A stretch of 62,142 nucleotides of DNA, the filler included, from Basidiobolus ranarum (Eukaryota): the NCBI GenBank assembly GCA_040143965.1. It is 9 parts of 9 records of this genome, joined end to end, with 100 filler letters (N's around TTAATTAATTAA, not from the genome) between each part and the next. Parts side by side here need not be neighbours in the genome. Positions count along the whole stretch, not along the records: positions 34,617 to 41,427 come from JASJQH010008114.1; positions 41,528 to 48,336 come from JASJQH010008115.1; positions 48,437 to 55,240 come from JASJQH010008116.1; 6 more parts are not named here. One strand, written 5' to 3'. Both the position numbers and the translations under genes were made by a program. Positions 37,349 to 49,042 of this stretch are shown one piece after another. Each line of letters starts with the position of its first letter. Positions within the stretch are counted from its first letter, which is position 1. The notes beneath the pieces are model-generated. The model was not told the origin of the DNA, ran no database searches, and saw only the letters and a program-made list of their open reading frames with translations.

Positions 37349-37554
37349 ATTGTTAATTAATTGGATTTGATATCTCTTTCTGCCCAATGAACAGTATTAC
37401 ATCCGGGAAGATAAAACTAAAATAATTAAATGCAGCTTCTTTGACAGATTTGATTTGATTAGACCCATGAGTCACTGCCTGCTTGGTTCTTCCATATGTA
37501 CAAATCTTCAGGGTTCTCATTTTGGTTGGGGTCTGATTACACATCTCAAAATAT

Positions 37555-39550
37555 CCCTAACAAAAATAAAATTGATTTAGGCTGGATCAAAACCACTCTT
37601 CTGGAGCACAAAACCATTAGAGGATTGTCACAATACCAATGGCTTGCATTCTGCCAGAGATGATGATGGTGAAATGGTGGCTTCTTAAAGCTATTATGAG
37701 GGTGACTACTTATGGTGAAATATTAGTCCTAATAGTATGCATCCATTATTTAATTTCCAACAAAAAAATCAAATTTTAAAATAGCAAATTACTTGGTTTG
37801 ATGCTGTAGGAATTCAAATTAATATACATGCTGGTAATGTGATATTGTGGTCTTTGTACTTCAGCCATAATTAGAATCAAAAAATATAAGAATGTTGTTG
37901 TGTATAGTCTCTCCATATGTGCATACTTGACTGTTCAGATACAACTCAACAACATTAATCTGCTTTACCAACAAACTAATTGTAAACAATTCCTAAACAT
38001 TGAAAATCTTGAGTATCACTGGCACTTAGCCAATAGCTGACTCTCACAACCATTGGTAACAAAAATAAGGTCTTGGATTTTTCCAAAATTCTTTGAAGAA
38101 TTCAGTCAAAATATCCTCATCTTGCAGTCAACAAATATCATGCCACAGGTAGATGTGATATTGGTTGAATGGAAACAAGAATGCCATGTTACTCAATTTA
38201 TCTCTCCAAGATGTTCATCTTGTAACTGCCCCACAAATATCATCACATTATCACACAAACAAAATAGTCTGACCTAGAGAGATACTTACTCTGTCTTGAT
38301 GAATTGGGTTTTTTGCTATTGTTGTGCACAAACTATGCAAAGCCCATGAGCACATTTAAATGAGCACTGTGTGGGAAGATTGATATAGGCTGGAGTCTTC
38401 TTAACCCATTGCTTAATATTTAACACTGATGTTGCTGACACAATATGAGTTAGATTGAATACAGTATTACTCAAAATTTCACAGGAAGCATCATTACACT
38501 GCAGGTACACCCCTTTGGGAACTTCTAGAATGTATAGCAATGGCCAATATCAGCTCAGCATTGTGAAAGATGCAGCAGGAACAATAAGAATACTTTAACA
38601 ACACCTGCAAGTAGCTTCCAGTGTTGCCAATATTTATCAGGCAGAAATTTTTGTAAGATTCCACTCAAATATATCCAAGTCCATTACTTCTAGTCTTTGC
38701 ACTTGAATAAATGCCTAGATGTGTGGATATTGATGGAAGTCCTGGAAAAATATGATGGTATCTTGATGTTTTCAAGCATATTTGCATTCAATTCAAACTT
38801 TCAACCTATCTCAAATAGCTTATTCATATTGATTTTTTCACTATGTAGCTGAGTAAGTAGTGTCACAAAGTTGATGAACAGTAAGTGCATAGTGCCTAAT
38901 GGGAGGCTCTGACTCCAGGTAATCCCCTTTATTAATATAATCTTGGGCTCACAGCTACTTCCATGTTTGATATTAAACTTACTATTTGGTAAATGCATAT
39001 CTGTGACCTTGTTGAAATCAAACTGGGCTCTGGATGGTAAAATCATGGAGATTAGTGTTTTATTTTTGATGGTAGTGATTCATAGTCCTGGCAGAGTAAA
39101 CTCAATTGATCCAACAGAACTTGGGGCATAAGTATTAAAAAGCTAAGACAAGATTATCAACCCAATCAGATTAAAGCAGATAAGTCAAGATCAATAAGTA
39201 AATTGGGCAAGAGACAATGAGTACAGGTTATATACAACTGGTTACTAAATTTTTGGATGTGATGGAGATATATCTTTACATTCAAAGAAATAACCTACTA
39301 AAAACTTTCTACTACAGATGCAGCATTAATTCCTGCTTATGAAGCAACAAAAGAAGCAATAAGGTTATGTAAATATTATAGATTTTGGTTGTTCTGGATT
39401 TTCTCCAGCTACAATATTTCACATTATTCAATACTTTATCAAATTTGCTACAAATTCAACATTTGTTACCAAAGCCAACATACAAGAATTTGATATCCTC
39501 TATTGTGTAGAAAATCAACAACAGATATATAGATTAAAAGCGTTGCTTTG
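37555..39550 (-). mobile_element. CMC/EnSpm (Tnp2-like) transposase remnant and 3' terminus
   Basis: ITWSQSLPLGTMHLLFIN, NIKIPSYFSRTSINI...FKCKD*K*WTWIY...LPDKYWQHWKLL. Terminus CCCTAACAAAAAT at 37555. Right boundary approximate. Confidence 0.7.
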
Positions 39551-39869
39551 TTTAAATTTGTAAGTAGCTAAGAATGATAGTTGGGTAAGCTAGTGTCATA
39601 TTCAATAAAACTAGACTGCAGTTTGTTAGGGGAGTTACCTCTGTATTTATATCTCAACTACTCAATCAAGTAAGTAGGCAAACATCTGCTAATTACCAAT
39701 TTAATTACTATATCAGGATCAATCTGCATCAAAATGCGGTAGCATAGTAAGCAGCTGATACATGTTGGGGTGGCAGAGTTTATAAGATCATGTGATCTAA
39801 TAGAAGGGTAGAGATGTGAGCATCAAACTATCAAGTGCTCTACTATGACTAGCTGCTTGAACATCACAG

Positions 39870-41050
39870 GCCTGCAGACTATACAGGACTTGTTACATGT
39901 GCCAGGATTTGTTGGACCTTGGATCAATACATTAGAGTAAGGTGCTCATAAGAGAGTTTCTTCTTGAACAACTAGTTTCTCAGCTTCTTGATATTTTAAT
40001 TATGTACTTCCTCACTTGTGGGTTCTGACAATATTTGGTCCTCCAAAAATTGAGGTATTTGTGTTGACCAAGCATTTCAGTAATGACATAAATATTCTTG
40101 GGCTTATCAACTCAAGTCAATGAATCTGCTATAACATTGAATTTTCCAGGACAATAGGTAATATCCAAGTCAAACTGGTACAGGTGTTCACTCCTTCATA
40201 TCATTCTTCTTGATAAAACCTTTTGGGTACTATCATATTTCAGAGAGGCATGATTAGCCTTTGCAGCAGTCTTCACTCCTTGTAAAGTGCAGCTCAAGAT
40301 TTTAGGCCAATGGACAATGGCAAGCTTCTCCTGTTGATGTGTCAGATAGTTCTGCTGAGCAATATTCATCTTCTTGGTCTCAAAGGCAATTAGGTATTCC
40401 ATATCATGATGAATCTGTCCAACAACTCCATCTACTGCTTATTATGAGGCATCTGTAGTAAGAATGAACGGCTGGCTGAAATCTTGAACCTTCAAGGTAA
40501 GTAACTTTGCTAGTTCAACTTTCATGGATTGGAAAGCTCCTTTACTCTGGCTGCTCCAAGTCATGACACTTTCCTTCTTGAGTAGCTCAGTCAATGTAGC
40601 AGCAATTGAGGCAAAACCTTAAACAAATTTTCTGTAATAGAAAGCCATTCCTAAGATAACTTGGGTACTGATATGGCAGTGGCCTCCTTCCATGTCTGAG
40701 TTACTTCAACATTTCTGGGAGCCATGGCTAATCCTGCACTTGTTATAATATGTCCTAGATATTCCACTTGGTCTTTCAAGAATTTACACTTGCTGAGTTT
40801 TCCATAGATTTGGTATGCTTGGAGTTTCTCTCAAACTTTCCTTACATGTTGTACATGTTCTTCCTGCTTCTTACTTTAGATTAGGATGTAATCTAAGTAA
40901 ATATTGACAAGCTGTTCCAAGTACTTGGTGAAGATGTTCTGCATTAATGTTGTAAAAGTTGCTGGTGTACTGGTTAGTCTAAAACACATGATAGGATACT
41001 CATAGTGTCCATATTTTGACTTAAAGGCAGTTTTGAGTGAATCTGCAGGT
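39870..41050 (-). mobile_element. Ty3/gypsy RT-RNase H remnant
   Basis: KTAFKSKYGHYEYPIMCF, VNIYLDYILI, KCKFLKDQVEYLGHII, PFILTTDAS, IAFETKKMNIAQQNYLTHQQEKLAIV, DITYCPGKFNVIAD. Confidence 0.88.
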
Positions 41051-41158
41051 CTTACTCAGATCTGCTTGTAGCATGATATAGCATCAATTTTGCCGCAGGC
41101 TTTTGCTTGTTTAAGTTGAACTAGTAGCTCATCTAGATTGATTCCAGTCAAATGGGAG

Positions 41159-41427
41159 TTATTTCTTTGTGAGGTTTGTTGAGAGAGCAGATATTTTAGA
41201 GTAGTTCTTGACAAACTGTTGGTAAAAGTTTGCAAATCCAAGGAAAGATTGGACAACCTTCACATTCTTTGGAATATCCCAAGAAAGAACAGATTCAACC
41301 TTCTTAGGGTCCATGAAGATGCCTGATGGGCTGATGTTATATCCAAGGAATTCAACTTGAGCTTGATCAAATTCACATTTCTCAAGCTTAGCATAGAGCC
41401 CAGAGGTTTTCAACTTTTCTAGGACTT
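41159..41427 (-). mobile_element. Second Ty3/gypsy RT fragment
   Basis: LYAKLEKCEFDQAQVEFLGYNISPSGIFMDPKKVESVLSWDIPKNVKVVQSFLGFANFY. Confidence 0.88.
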
Positions 41428-41527
41428 NNNNNNNNNNNNNNNNNNNNNNNNNNNNNNNNNNNNNNNNNNNNTTAATTAATTAANNNNNNNNNNNNNNNNN
41501 NNNNNNNNNNNNNNNNNNNNNNNNNNN

Positions 41528-44500
41528 TAGGTCGCCATTCTCGAAAAGACGCAATCCACTCTGGATAATCAATACTTTATCTTGATAAATTAGCGACCGC
41601 GCGCCATAGACCTCTCCTGAATATGATCGCTCTGCGCTGTGATAGTACACATCTGTCTCAGCTGAGTACCAAGAATCAGGTTGATCATGCGGCCCAAGAA
41701 TTATGAGAGCACCAACTAGACCGTGATGCTTATGATTCCTCACATCTGCAAAATCCTGAAGGAGTATGGGGCCCAGTGGTTGGTCAGCATGCCAGGTATA
41801 GGTCCTAGTTTTCTTGGGAGGAACTGTCTGATCCGGATTGAAACCGACATTACTTCCGTCGTTATCACGAACATCAAACTTAAGTAAATCAGCCCGGATG
41901 GAGACATGGTTAGAAACTCTACGTCTCGGATTATCAGCTGGAACTTGAGGCGCAAAAGGCTCGGGGCGAATTTTGCTAGGTAAGTTGTTTGTCAAATGTA
42001 CTTGAATGAATTCACCAGTACGACCGCGAATGATCAATGGCTCCAAATGGCCTTTATGGTAATTGAGGCAGCCGTGTGCTCCAGTAGCGTTCACCCATTG
42101 TTCCGATAAGGGTCCTCTATACCCCTTCAGGCAATACACAATGGCAAATGGATCCGTCCAGTTATTGTAATTGTATTGAAGAATCCGTGGTTGTGCTTCT
42201 ACCATATATTCACGTAATCTTGAACGCTCCGCAACAGGTGGAGATAGCATATCCATCCCATGATACCCGAATGGATCATTATTATTTGGAAGTGAAGGAA
42301 GATGCTCTTTCACCTTGTCGTGCACCCGTATAATTCCCCAACAACCAATCCATAGATCATCAATACCCGATAATTTGTACAAGTGGTCGCCTGGAGAGTA
42401 ATCTGATAGTACATCCAAAGTGAACCCTTCGGAGATGCCTATGGTTTGCTGATTGGATACTTGCACTTCGGAGTTTGTGAAGAACCTCGTCCATCGCATG
42501 CCATGAATTTGGAAACTGTGGGATTCTTCATGTGCACCTTGAACTAGTCGAATCACTATTCTGTCTCCAGGATAGGCCTCGAATAATGTAGTTGATGGAT
42601 CACCATATTTAGTTTTGCTGCTAAACTGTTCCGAGGGATCCACATCCCTCCTCTCTACTAGCGGCTCATTCCTGTAGTTCAGTACCATGATTCCTTGATC
42701 TTCATTGGGGTCGCTATTAGGGTTGATGGGATTATTTCGAGAGTCAAAGGCTGGTGTAAAATCCCCGATGAATTGAACTTGCTCGCGGAACGATTGTCCG
42801 GAATCTGGGGTCAATATAACGGAGCTGACTCCATCTCGCTTTTGTTGACTTAAATCAGAAGGGTTAAAGTAAAAGGAGCCTTCTGGTTCTACAGGTGCTA
42901 GACCGTAAAGCCCCTTCTTTTGGCGATAATTCGCAAATAAATGGTCGTGGAAGAAAATATGCCCTAAAGCATCATCGATCCACCATCTATTAATCAAATA
43001 CTTTCCAAAGCTGGCCCCACTGATAAAGTTCCATCCAACGGAGGCTCCATCGCTAACTAGTACATCGAATTTAACGAGATGAACGTGCATGCCAGCCTCA
43101 CCTGCATGGTTAAGTGCCTGGCAGCGTGGAAAGTCTTCATCAAAGGCTGTTCCCGGTATAAATCTAGGTAGTTTGTTGGTGAATTTGTTGACCCCAATGG
43201 TATTCTCATTCATTCGTAGAACAATTGGCTCAAATTTGCTTGGCTTTTTTAAATCAACAGGGGTTTCTTCCTCATCCAAAATGTATAAGTGCCCATAAGG
43301 ATAGTGCCAACCATGCTTGTTGTACTCAAAATGGCGTAGTGATATTGAAATGTTGGCTCGCACCTCCTTTGGCTGACGTGGAGTGGGGATTCTCGTGAAA
43401 AGATTACCAATTTGCGGGTCTCTATTCATATTGAGAACCTCCAATTTAGAGGCAGCACGATAGTCCGAATCTTCCGGTATCTTACCAAAGATCTCAACAG
43501 GCCAGGGAACCCTGGGTGATTTTTGACCAACGACGCCATTAATAAAATTAGGAAATCCTGGGTGGTTTTTGTCCTTCAAGGGTGGGTCTGGACGTGTAGG
43601 CAGGATCTCTAGTCTTTCAATGGGAGTACCATCTGGATACTTACCCTTCCCTTCTTGAAAACGATCTAGCACTCGAATCATACCCCACATTCCAGACTCA
43701 AAATGTGGATATAAGTGACAATGCCAGATAACATCTCCGATCGCCTTCAACCTGGACCCAGCACCGTAGTGAATATCAAGATCCCATGAAGTCTGCGGCG
43801 ACATAGAGAAAGAATCAATCGTAAGACTTTCGCGGTCACCACGTAAGGCACTCCATTGATGAACATGTAAATGGAAGACATGAGTTTCCTTAACTCCGGC
43901 ATGTACCACCCTAAATTTGATTGGATCGCCAGCATAGGCTCGGAAAATAGGTGTAGCAGGATCTCCAAACATCCAACTAGAATGATGCTGCTCTTCACCG
44001 TTTATATTTAACTTTTCGCCCTGCCGGATTTTTTCATATATTACGAACTCGCGATTTCTCATGGGCTCAGAGCGATAGTTTAGAGAATTGGTCATTCTCT
44101 CAAGTTTTGCGGTCTTATTCGTACATGGATCAATGGGACGAGGATTGAAGTTGATGACATCTGTCTCATCATGGAAAAAAGAGACAAATTCGCGAAATGA
44201 ACAGTCAGGATGCGTGAACTTGTCTTCTTCGTCCAAGAATCCTCGTTTAGGACATCCACCATACCTTTTAGGAGGATGAATATCTGCAATAACTCCATCG
44301 TCTGTGGGCTCTCCAGTGATCGGATTAGTCCAAGTCGATCCTCTTGGCTCTACAATAATCGCAGCAAATAGTCCATGGATGTGTGTGCCTTGGTCAGTTC
44401 CATCGTAGTCACCATTATTGGATATCAGGTAGGTTCCCTCCTTAAGGCACGGCCAGCGATATTGTATTTCTTGATTGAATCCAACTGTAGAGTCTGGATT

Positions 44501-45031
44501 TCTACCCACTGCCGAGCCGTCATTTTCCACACTTTGTCCAAAAAGATGAGGATGAAGACTAACTCTTCGTCCCTTAATCTCGTTTTTCAAGTGGACATAT
44601 ACGTGATCTCCTTCGTTGCAACGAAGTACCAAAGGGCGTACTAAAGGGTCCATATGCAGATTGACCTTTTTCTTAAGACCGTCCTTTACTTCATTCAGAA
44701 TAGAGCTGCGTATCTTTCTTAGGTAGTTTCGATTTCGACTCAATGTAAACATTACTCCGTTAAGGTCGATATCTCCGTATTTGTTATATACTATAGGCAT
44801 TTCAATAGCCACAACGTTATACGAGCGTACGAAAGCTTGAGTGAGATTAAAGTTTGTTGTTGCCGAATAATTGCCATGAGGGGGAGCAAAAATTGATGCT
44901 CCTCCATAATCAGGATAAACAAAGCTTGCGGAGCAGTAGTCAAGTAATAATAAGCACCAGGTAAGTAACCACAGGCTATACTTGACTAGCGAATATAGCC
45001 AATTGATAGAACTGAAATACTGTAGCAACAT
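41528..45031 (-). CDS. Large MnxG-like multicopper oxidase (putative manganese oxidase) with N-terminal signal peptide; intronless; 3' truncated by the contig end
   Basis: At least 1168 uninterrupted codons, colinear with Bacillus MnxG as recalled: VYNKYGDIDLNG, PLVLRCNEGD, GSTWTNPITG, FREFVSFFHDE, EEQHHSSWMFGDPATPIFRAYAGDP, GVKETHVFHLHVHQW, IWHCHLYPHFESGMWG, PGFPNFI, MHVHLVKFDVLVSDG, FFHDHLFAN, QGAHEESHSFQIHG, QQTIGISE, HKHHGLVGAL. Confidence 0.92.
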
Positions 45032-45085
45032 ATCTCAATCTTGAACTAGTTGGATGAGTTGACTTTAGACTGAAGGACCGAGCCC

Positions 45086-45091
45086 TTTATA
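45086..45091 (-). promoter_or_regulatory. TATA box upstream of the MnxG-like gene
   Basis: CCATATAAAGGG on the minus strand about 55 nt upstream of the ATG at 45031; no Shine-Dalgarno-like sequence before the ATG. Confidence 0.55.
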
Positions 45092-45649
45092 TGGCCCGAG
45101 TTCTTATCTCTTGAAGCTAGCATCAAGTTGTCAGTAAAATCAATATGCTAAACATTCGGTATAGAGTTGAGTGGCGTATAGCAATTCTTTCTTCGAGATG
45201 AAAGAGGTAGCAGCCTTTGTTACATCTCCAAAAGAACATGTCTTTTGAACGCTGGTATAGATATAAGCTTAAACCAGATTGAGTATTAAATGAGTCGGCG
45301 CTATTGGTATACTTGAAATGTGTTTAGGCGTAGTCTTTGTCGGATACATTTCAGCTAGCTCGATTGTGAATACGGTGGCTTAACTGTCCCGGGATCATTT
45401 ATGTTGAATAGAAATCTATATGTGCCTTGGAAATGTAAATGCTAGAAACGAGCCCATTCTTGAGATAATATCCTATATTATAGTCCTTTCTGCTCTAGAT
45501 AATCGCGATCGTTGCATATTCTCAAATAATCCACAACCATGATGTAGCACGATAGAAGTGCCTTATCGGTCATCATTTATGCAACAAGCGCCCTATGACA
45601 ATACTTCTAACTACTTGATTTTTGTCGAAAAATAACCTGTGATGTAGCA

Positions 45650-46690
45650 ATTATCCCTCATTGTGTACTGAGTTAAACAGGAAACTGCCGATATTGTTGA
45701 GAGGAAATACATTAGTTGGTTTTCATTGGGCAGTAGACGTTGTATCAATAATCTATCCGTCAATAGTAGAAGGTATGTTTCTCAAAATATCTGTAGAGTT
45801 TGTGGATACATGTGTAACTGCTTCTTGAATTGCACCGGTTTACTAATGCGAAATTCTGTGAAGCTAGACTACAAGGCACAATAAATCGAAGCTCGGCTTG
45901 TCTATTGTACAAACAAGCTTGCCGCCCATGCCAAAATAGTCTGATATTGACACATACGATGTGGTGTCAAAGCATTCCAACCCCAAATGTCCACAGCCAA
46001 TACCTTGACACTATCCTTGGATAAAATTGTCGTCCACAAGCCATGGTAGTTTCCGACCAAAAATATTTTCATATTTGTAAATCCATATAGGCAGTCCGCC
46101 ACCAAGCTACGCATAATAACTTGCATACTCGTAGCTCTCACGGTCAAGGGGTACTTAAATTCACCAACTTGGGTGGAATTAACGGACACGCTAGGCGCCT
46201 AAATGTAAAGGAAATAGCTTGGGATAGTAGAGGATGCTGAAAACCTACTGTTACCCAGTTTCCTGATTATTTCGTTGCCCAAATTCGAACCAGAATAACA
46301 CTGATGGATCTCATCCTGTGTGATCACGCTGCTTGTGAGATAATTAGGTAAATTAAATCCTATGAGATGCACCTGGTTCCACATGATCAGAAGACTCAGT
46401 TATGTTGTCACAAAACCTATCCGAAAACTCAAATTAAATGTACTTTATTTGATCTCCATAAGAACGTGGTCCTACCTACCAAATTTGGAAATATGCATTC
46501 AAATAAAATCCACCGCTATCGTGAGATTCCATTTCCCATAAGCAAGTCCAACGAGTGATGGGGAGCACAATCAAAGCTGAACTACAAGGTGATTCAGCCA
46601 TCAAATCTGGTTTCATACACTCAATACTTATGGAAGCCGCATACACGCCATCTGAAGGTTTATAGCACACAGGCTCATCAAAGACCAAAA
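45650..46690 (-). pseudogene. Decayed coding-like region of unidentified family
   Basis: ORFs 46199-46384 and 45902-46189 are in the same frame, separated by one stop, and read as continuous protein-like sequence. No family recognised. Confidence 0.3.
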
Positions 46691-48436
46691 TGGTGCAGAT
46701 TTACGATGCCTGTCTAATAAGCGGCCGGTTGACTTGCTCACTTAGGTACGACATCTAGTGCTACGAAAATATCATAGGTATCACATGTCATTCTAAGCTC
46801 AAGGGTCTCGGTTGTATTGTCGGATCAGCTTCTCCAGAGCGTCTTAAGAGAGCACTATTCTTCGGAATTCCTTATTCAATGAAGAGCATTTATGGACTAC
46901 TGTAATTGTGACAAATGAGAACTTTGACAAGCAGGTGCCTTGCGCAAATCCCTGACCACTGAAATATGCTCTTTGTCTACTTTTTTACACAAATCTCAGT
47001 ACGATCTAGCTAGTAGATAGATATACTTTTGTAGGATTCTAATATTGTAATATGGGAGATGGAGAATACACATTACAGGAATGGGATCAGAGGGCTCAGC
47101 ATATGATATCGCCGATGAAGAAGCGGGGTTTAGCAAGCCTGGTGCTCCAACACTTGGAATCTACTGCTGATGCAGAGTTATCTCTTAAAATCACTTACCG
47201 TAAATGACTCTTTTTACTCTTTACCAATACGTGACGTTTGGTTACTCTTACCAACACTGTAGTTTCAAAAAGGTGAAAATCGAGTAAATAAAGCCCATCC
47301 AGTATACGGGTGAGAAATTGGACTGGTGGAATCAAGGTGGTAATATCTCACTTGTATACATTGGATGCACCTCCTCCGCTGTATACCAGTGAGATATCTC
47401 TCCCGGATACTACAGATGGGGCGAATGCTCTTCTAGTGCAACGCTTAGTGTAAGCGTGTGGAAGTTAGCTCAATGATTTGGATTTTATTATGGATTAAGT
47501 GGATGAACATTTAAACTCAGTGGCTATGTACATGTATCCAAGCGCGCTGAAAAGAGTGGAGATAGTGACGAACGGAATAGAACTGATACTTACGACATCA
47601 ATGGTGGTATTAGCAGTAGTGCTAATGATACCGGGGAAATCAGTCTACTGACTATACCTCTGGCAAAGGTGCAAATGGAAATATTGCTTAGCACTCGCAA
47701 TGGTAATTGACTGCTAAAGGGAAGGTATAGTGGAGATGAAGCAGGTGATTACCACTCTGTAAAAGTTGGAAGCGATGATGGTGATGCCAATGCCTGTTAT
47801 AGAGGTGATAAAGGTAATGGGGACAGAATATAGCAAGAGTTTGCTACACTTATTAAGAACGAAGAGAAGCGTGTCTCAATATCGATAGATCATGTCAATC
47901 GTTGACGCAACATTTTCGATTTGTAACTGTTAATTGGATGGTTCAAATACTCTCTCGATTGGAAGACCATGTCTGAGGTCCTATAAATAGTTTTGTGTAA
48001 CATGTGGAATTTAGGGCTCACACAATTTGACTCCTCGGAATTAAAAGTGGAAAACATCAAAAAGAAAAGTAGTATACTGATGTACTAAGCAACCTACTTT
48101 ACTATTCATAGTTGCATCCTTCATATCCTTCGTTGTGATATTACGACCCTAACTGGTTTAACATATTGATTCAAGAGTCTCCAACAGTTAAGGTAGGATG
48201 TATCAGGAGAAGTATTGGCAAAATATGGGCTGTTTGGAGGAACTTTAGAAAAGTGGAGTTGTGAATAGCTTAGTGAGATAATTATTTATTATCCAGAAAT
48301 GAAGCATTTATACATTTTGATGGAAATACAGAAAACNNNNNNNNNNNNNNNNNNNNNNNNNNNNNNNNNNNNNNNNNNNNTTAATTAATTAANNNNNNNN
48401 NNNNNNNNNNNNNNNNNNNNNNNNNNNNNNNNNNNN

Positions 48437-49042
48437 CATCATCTTTTGAATGTGCAATAATGTCTAAAAGTACTTTTCTTAAATATACCACAAAAGTAAA
48501 ATAAACTGTTTCCAAAATGGTAAATAATATTGTGCCAGATAGTGCCCAATCATGCCAATTTATGCTGGCACACTTTTTAGCTGGCCTTTGTCCCTGATGG
48601 GCCTAAACTACTGGTGTGCTGTAATGCAGGAGCCATGGGGCCCAATTGAAAATCAGGATACTGCATTAGTGAGGGACAAATGATTGGCCTAAAAACATGT
48701 GAATGTCTTGGTTACACATTTGATTGGGTAAGTTACAGTATAAATTGTTTATTGTACACATTCAATAATTGGTAAGTTACAAACTAGCGGATGAACTTGC
48801 TTTGTCAGTTACCCAAAATCTCATTTTGGCAATACTAAATCAGGTAACTTGATACAGGCTGGCGCAGTATCTCCAAAAAAATCATTGTGTCCAATTGTAG
48901 TGGGATAGTGCCATATTGTTCCTTACAGTATCCGATCTATTGTTATAGGAGCCAGTCATGGTAATTGACAGATTACATCAGATGGTGTACTGGCAGGCTG
49001 GATTGAGTGGGACAATCTGACCTGGTCCAATGGATCAAGTCT
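48437..49042 (+). mobile_element. Harbinger terminal region including the long TIR
   Basis: 48600-49042 aligns with 25265-25710, and 48437-48590 is the reverse complement of 21355-21500. Ends tggtccaatggatcaagtct. Confidence 0.8.

Noticed and set aside
41740-44644. Short alternative-frame and antisense ORFs within the oxidase gene
   Set aside because: Shadow ORFs of a long coding sequence.
41528-48336. Whole contig as bacterial contamination
   Set aside because: Not fully excluded but disfavoured: low coding density, TATA box, eukaryote-type signal peptide, no Shine-Dalgarno sequence or operon, and composition similar to the other genic contigs.
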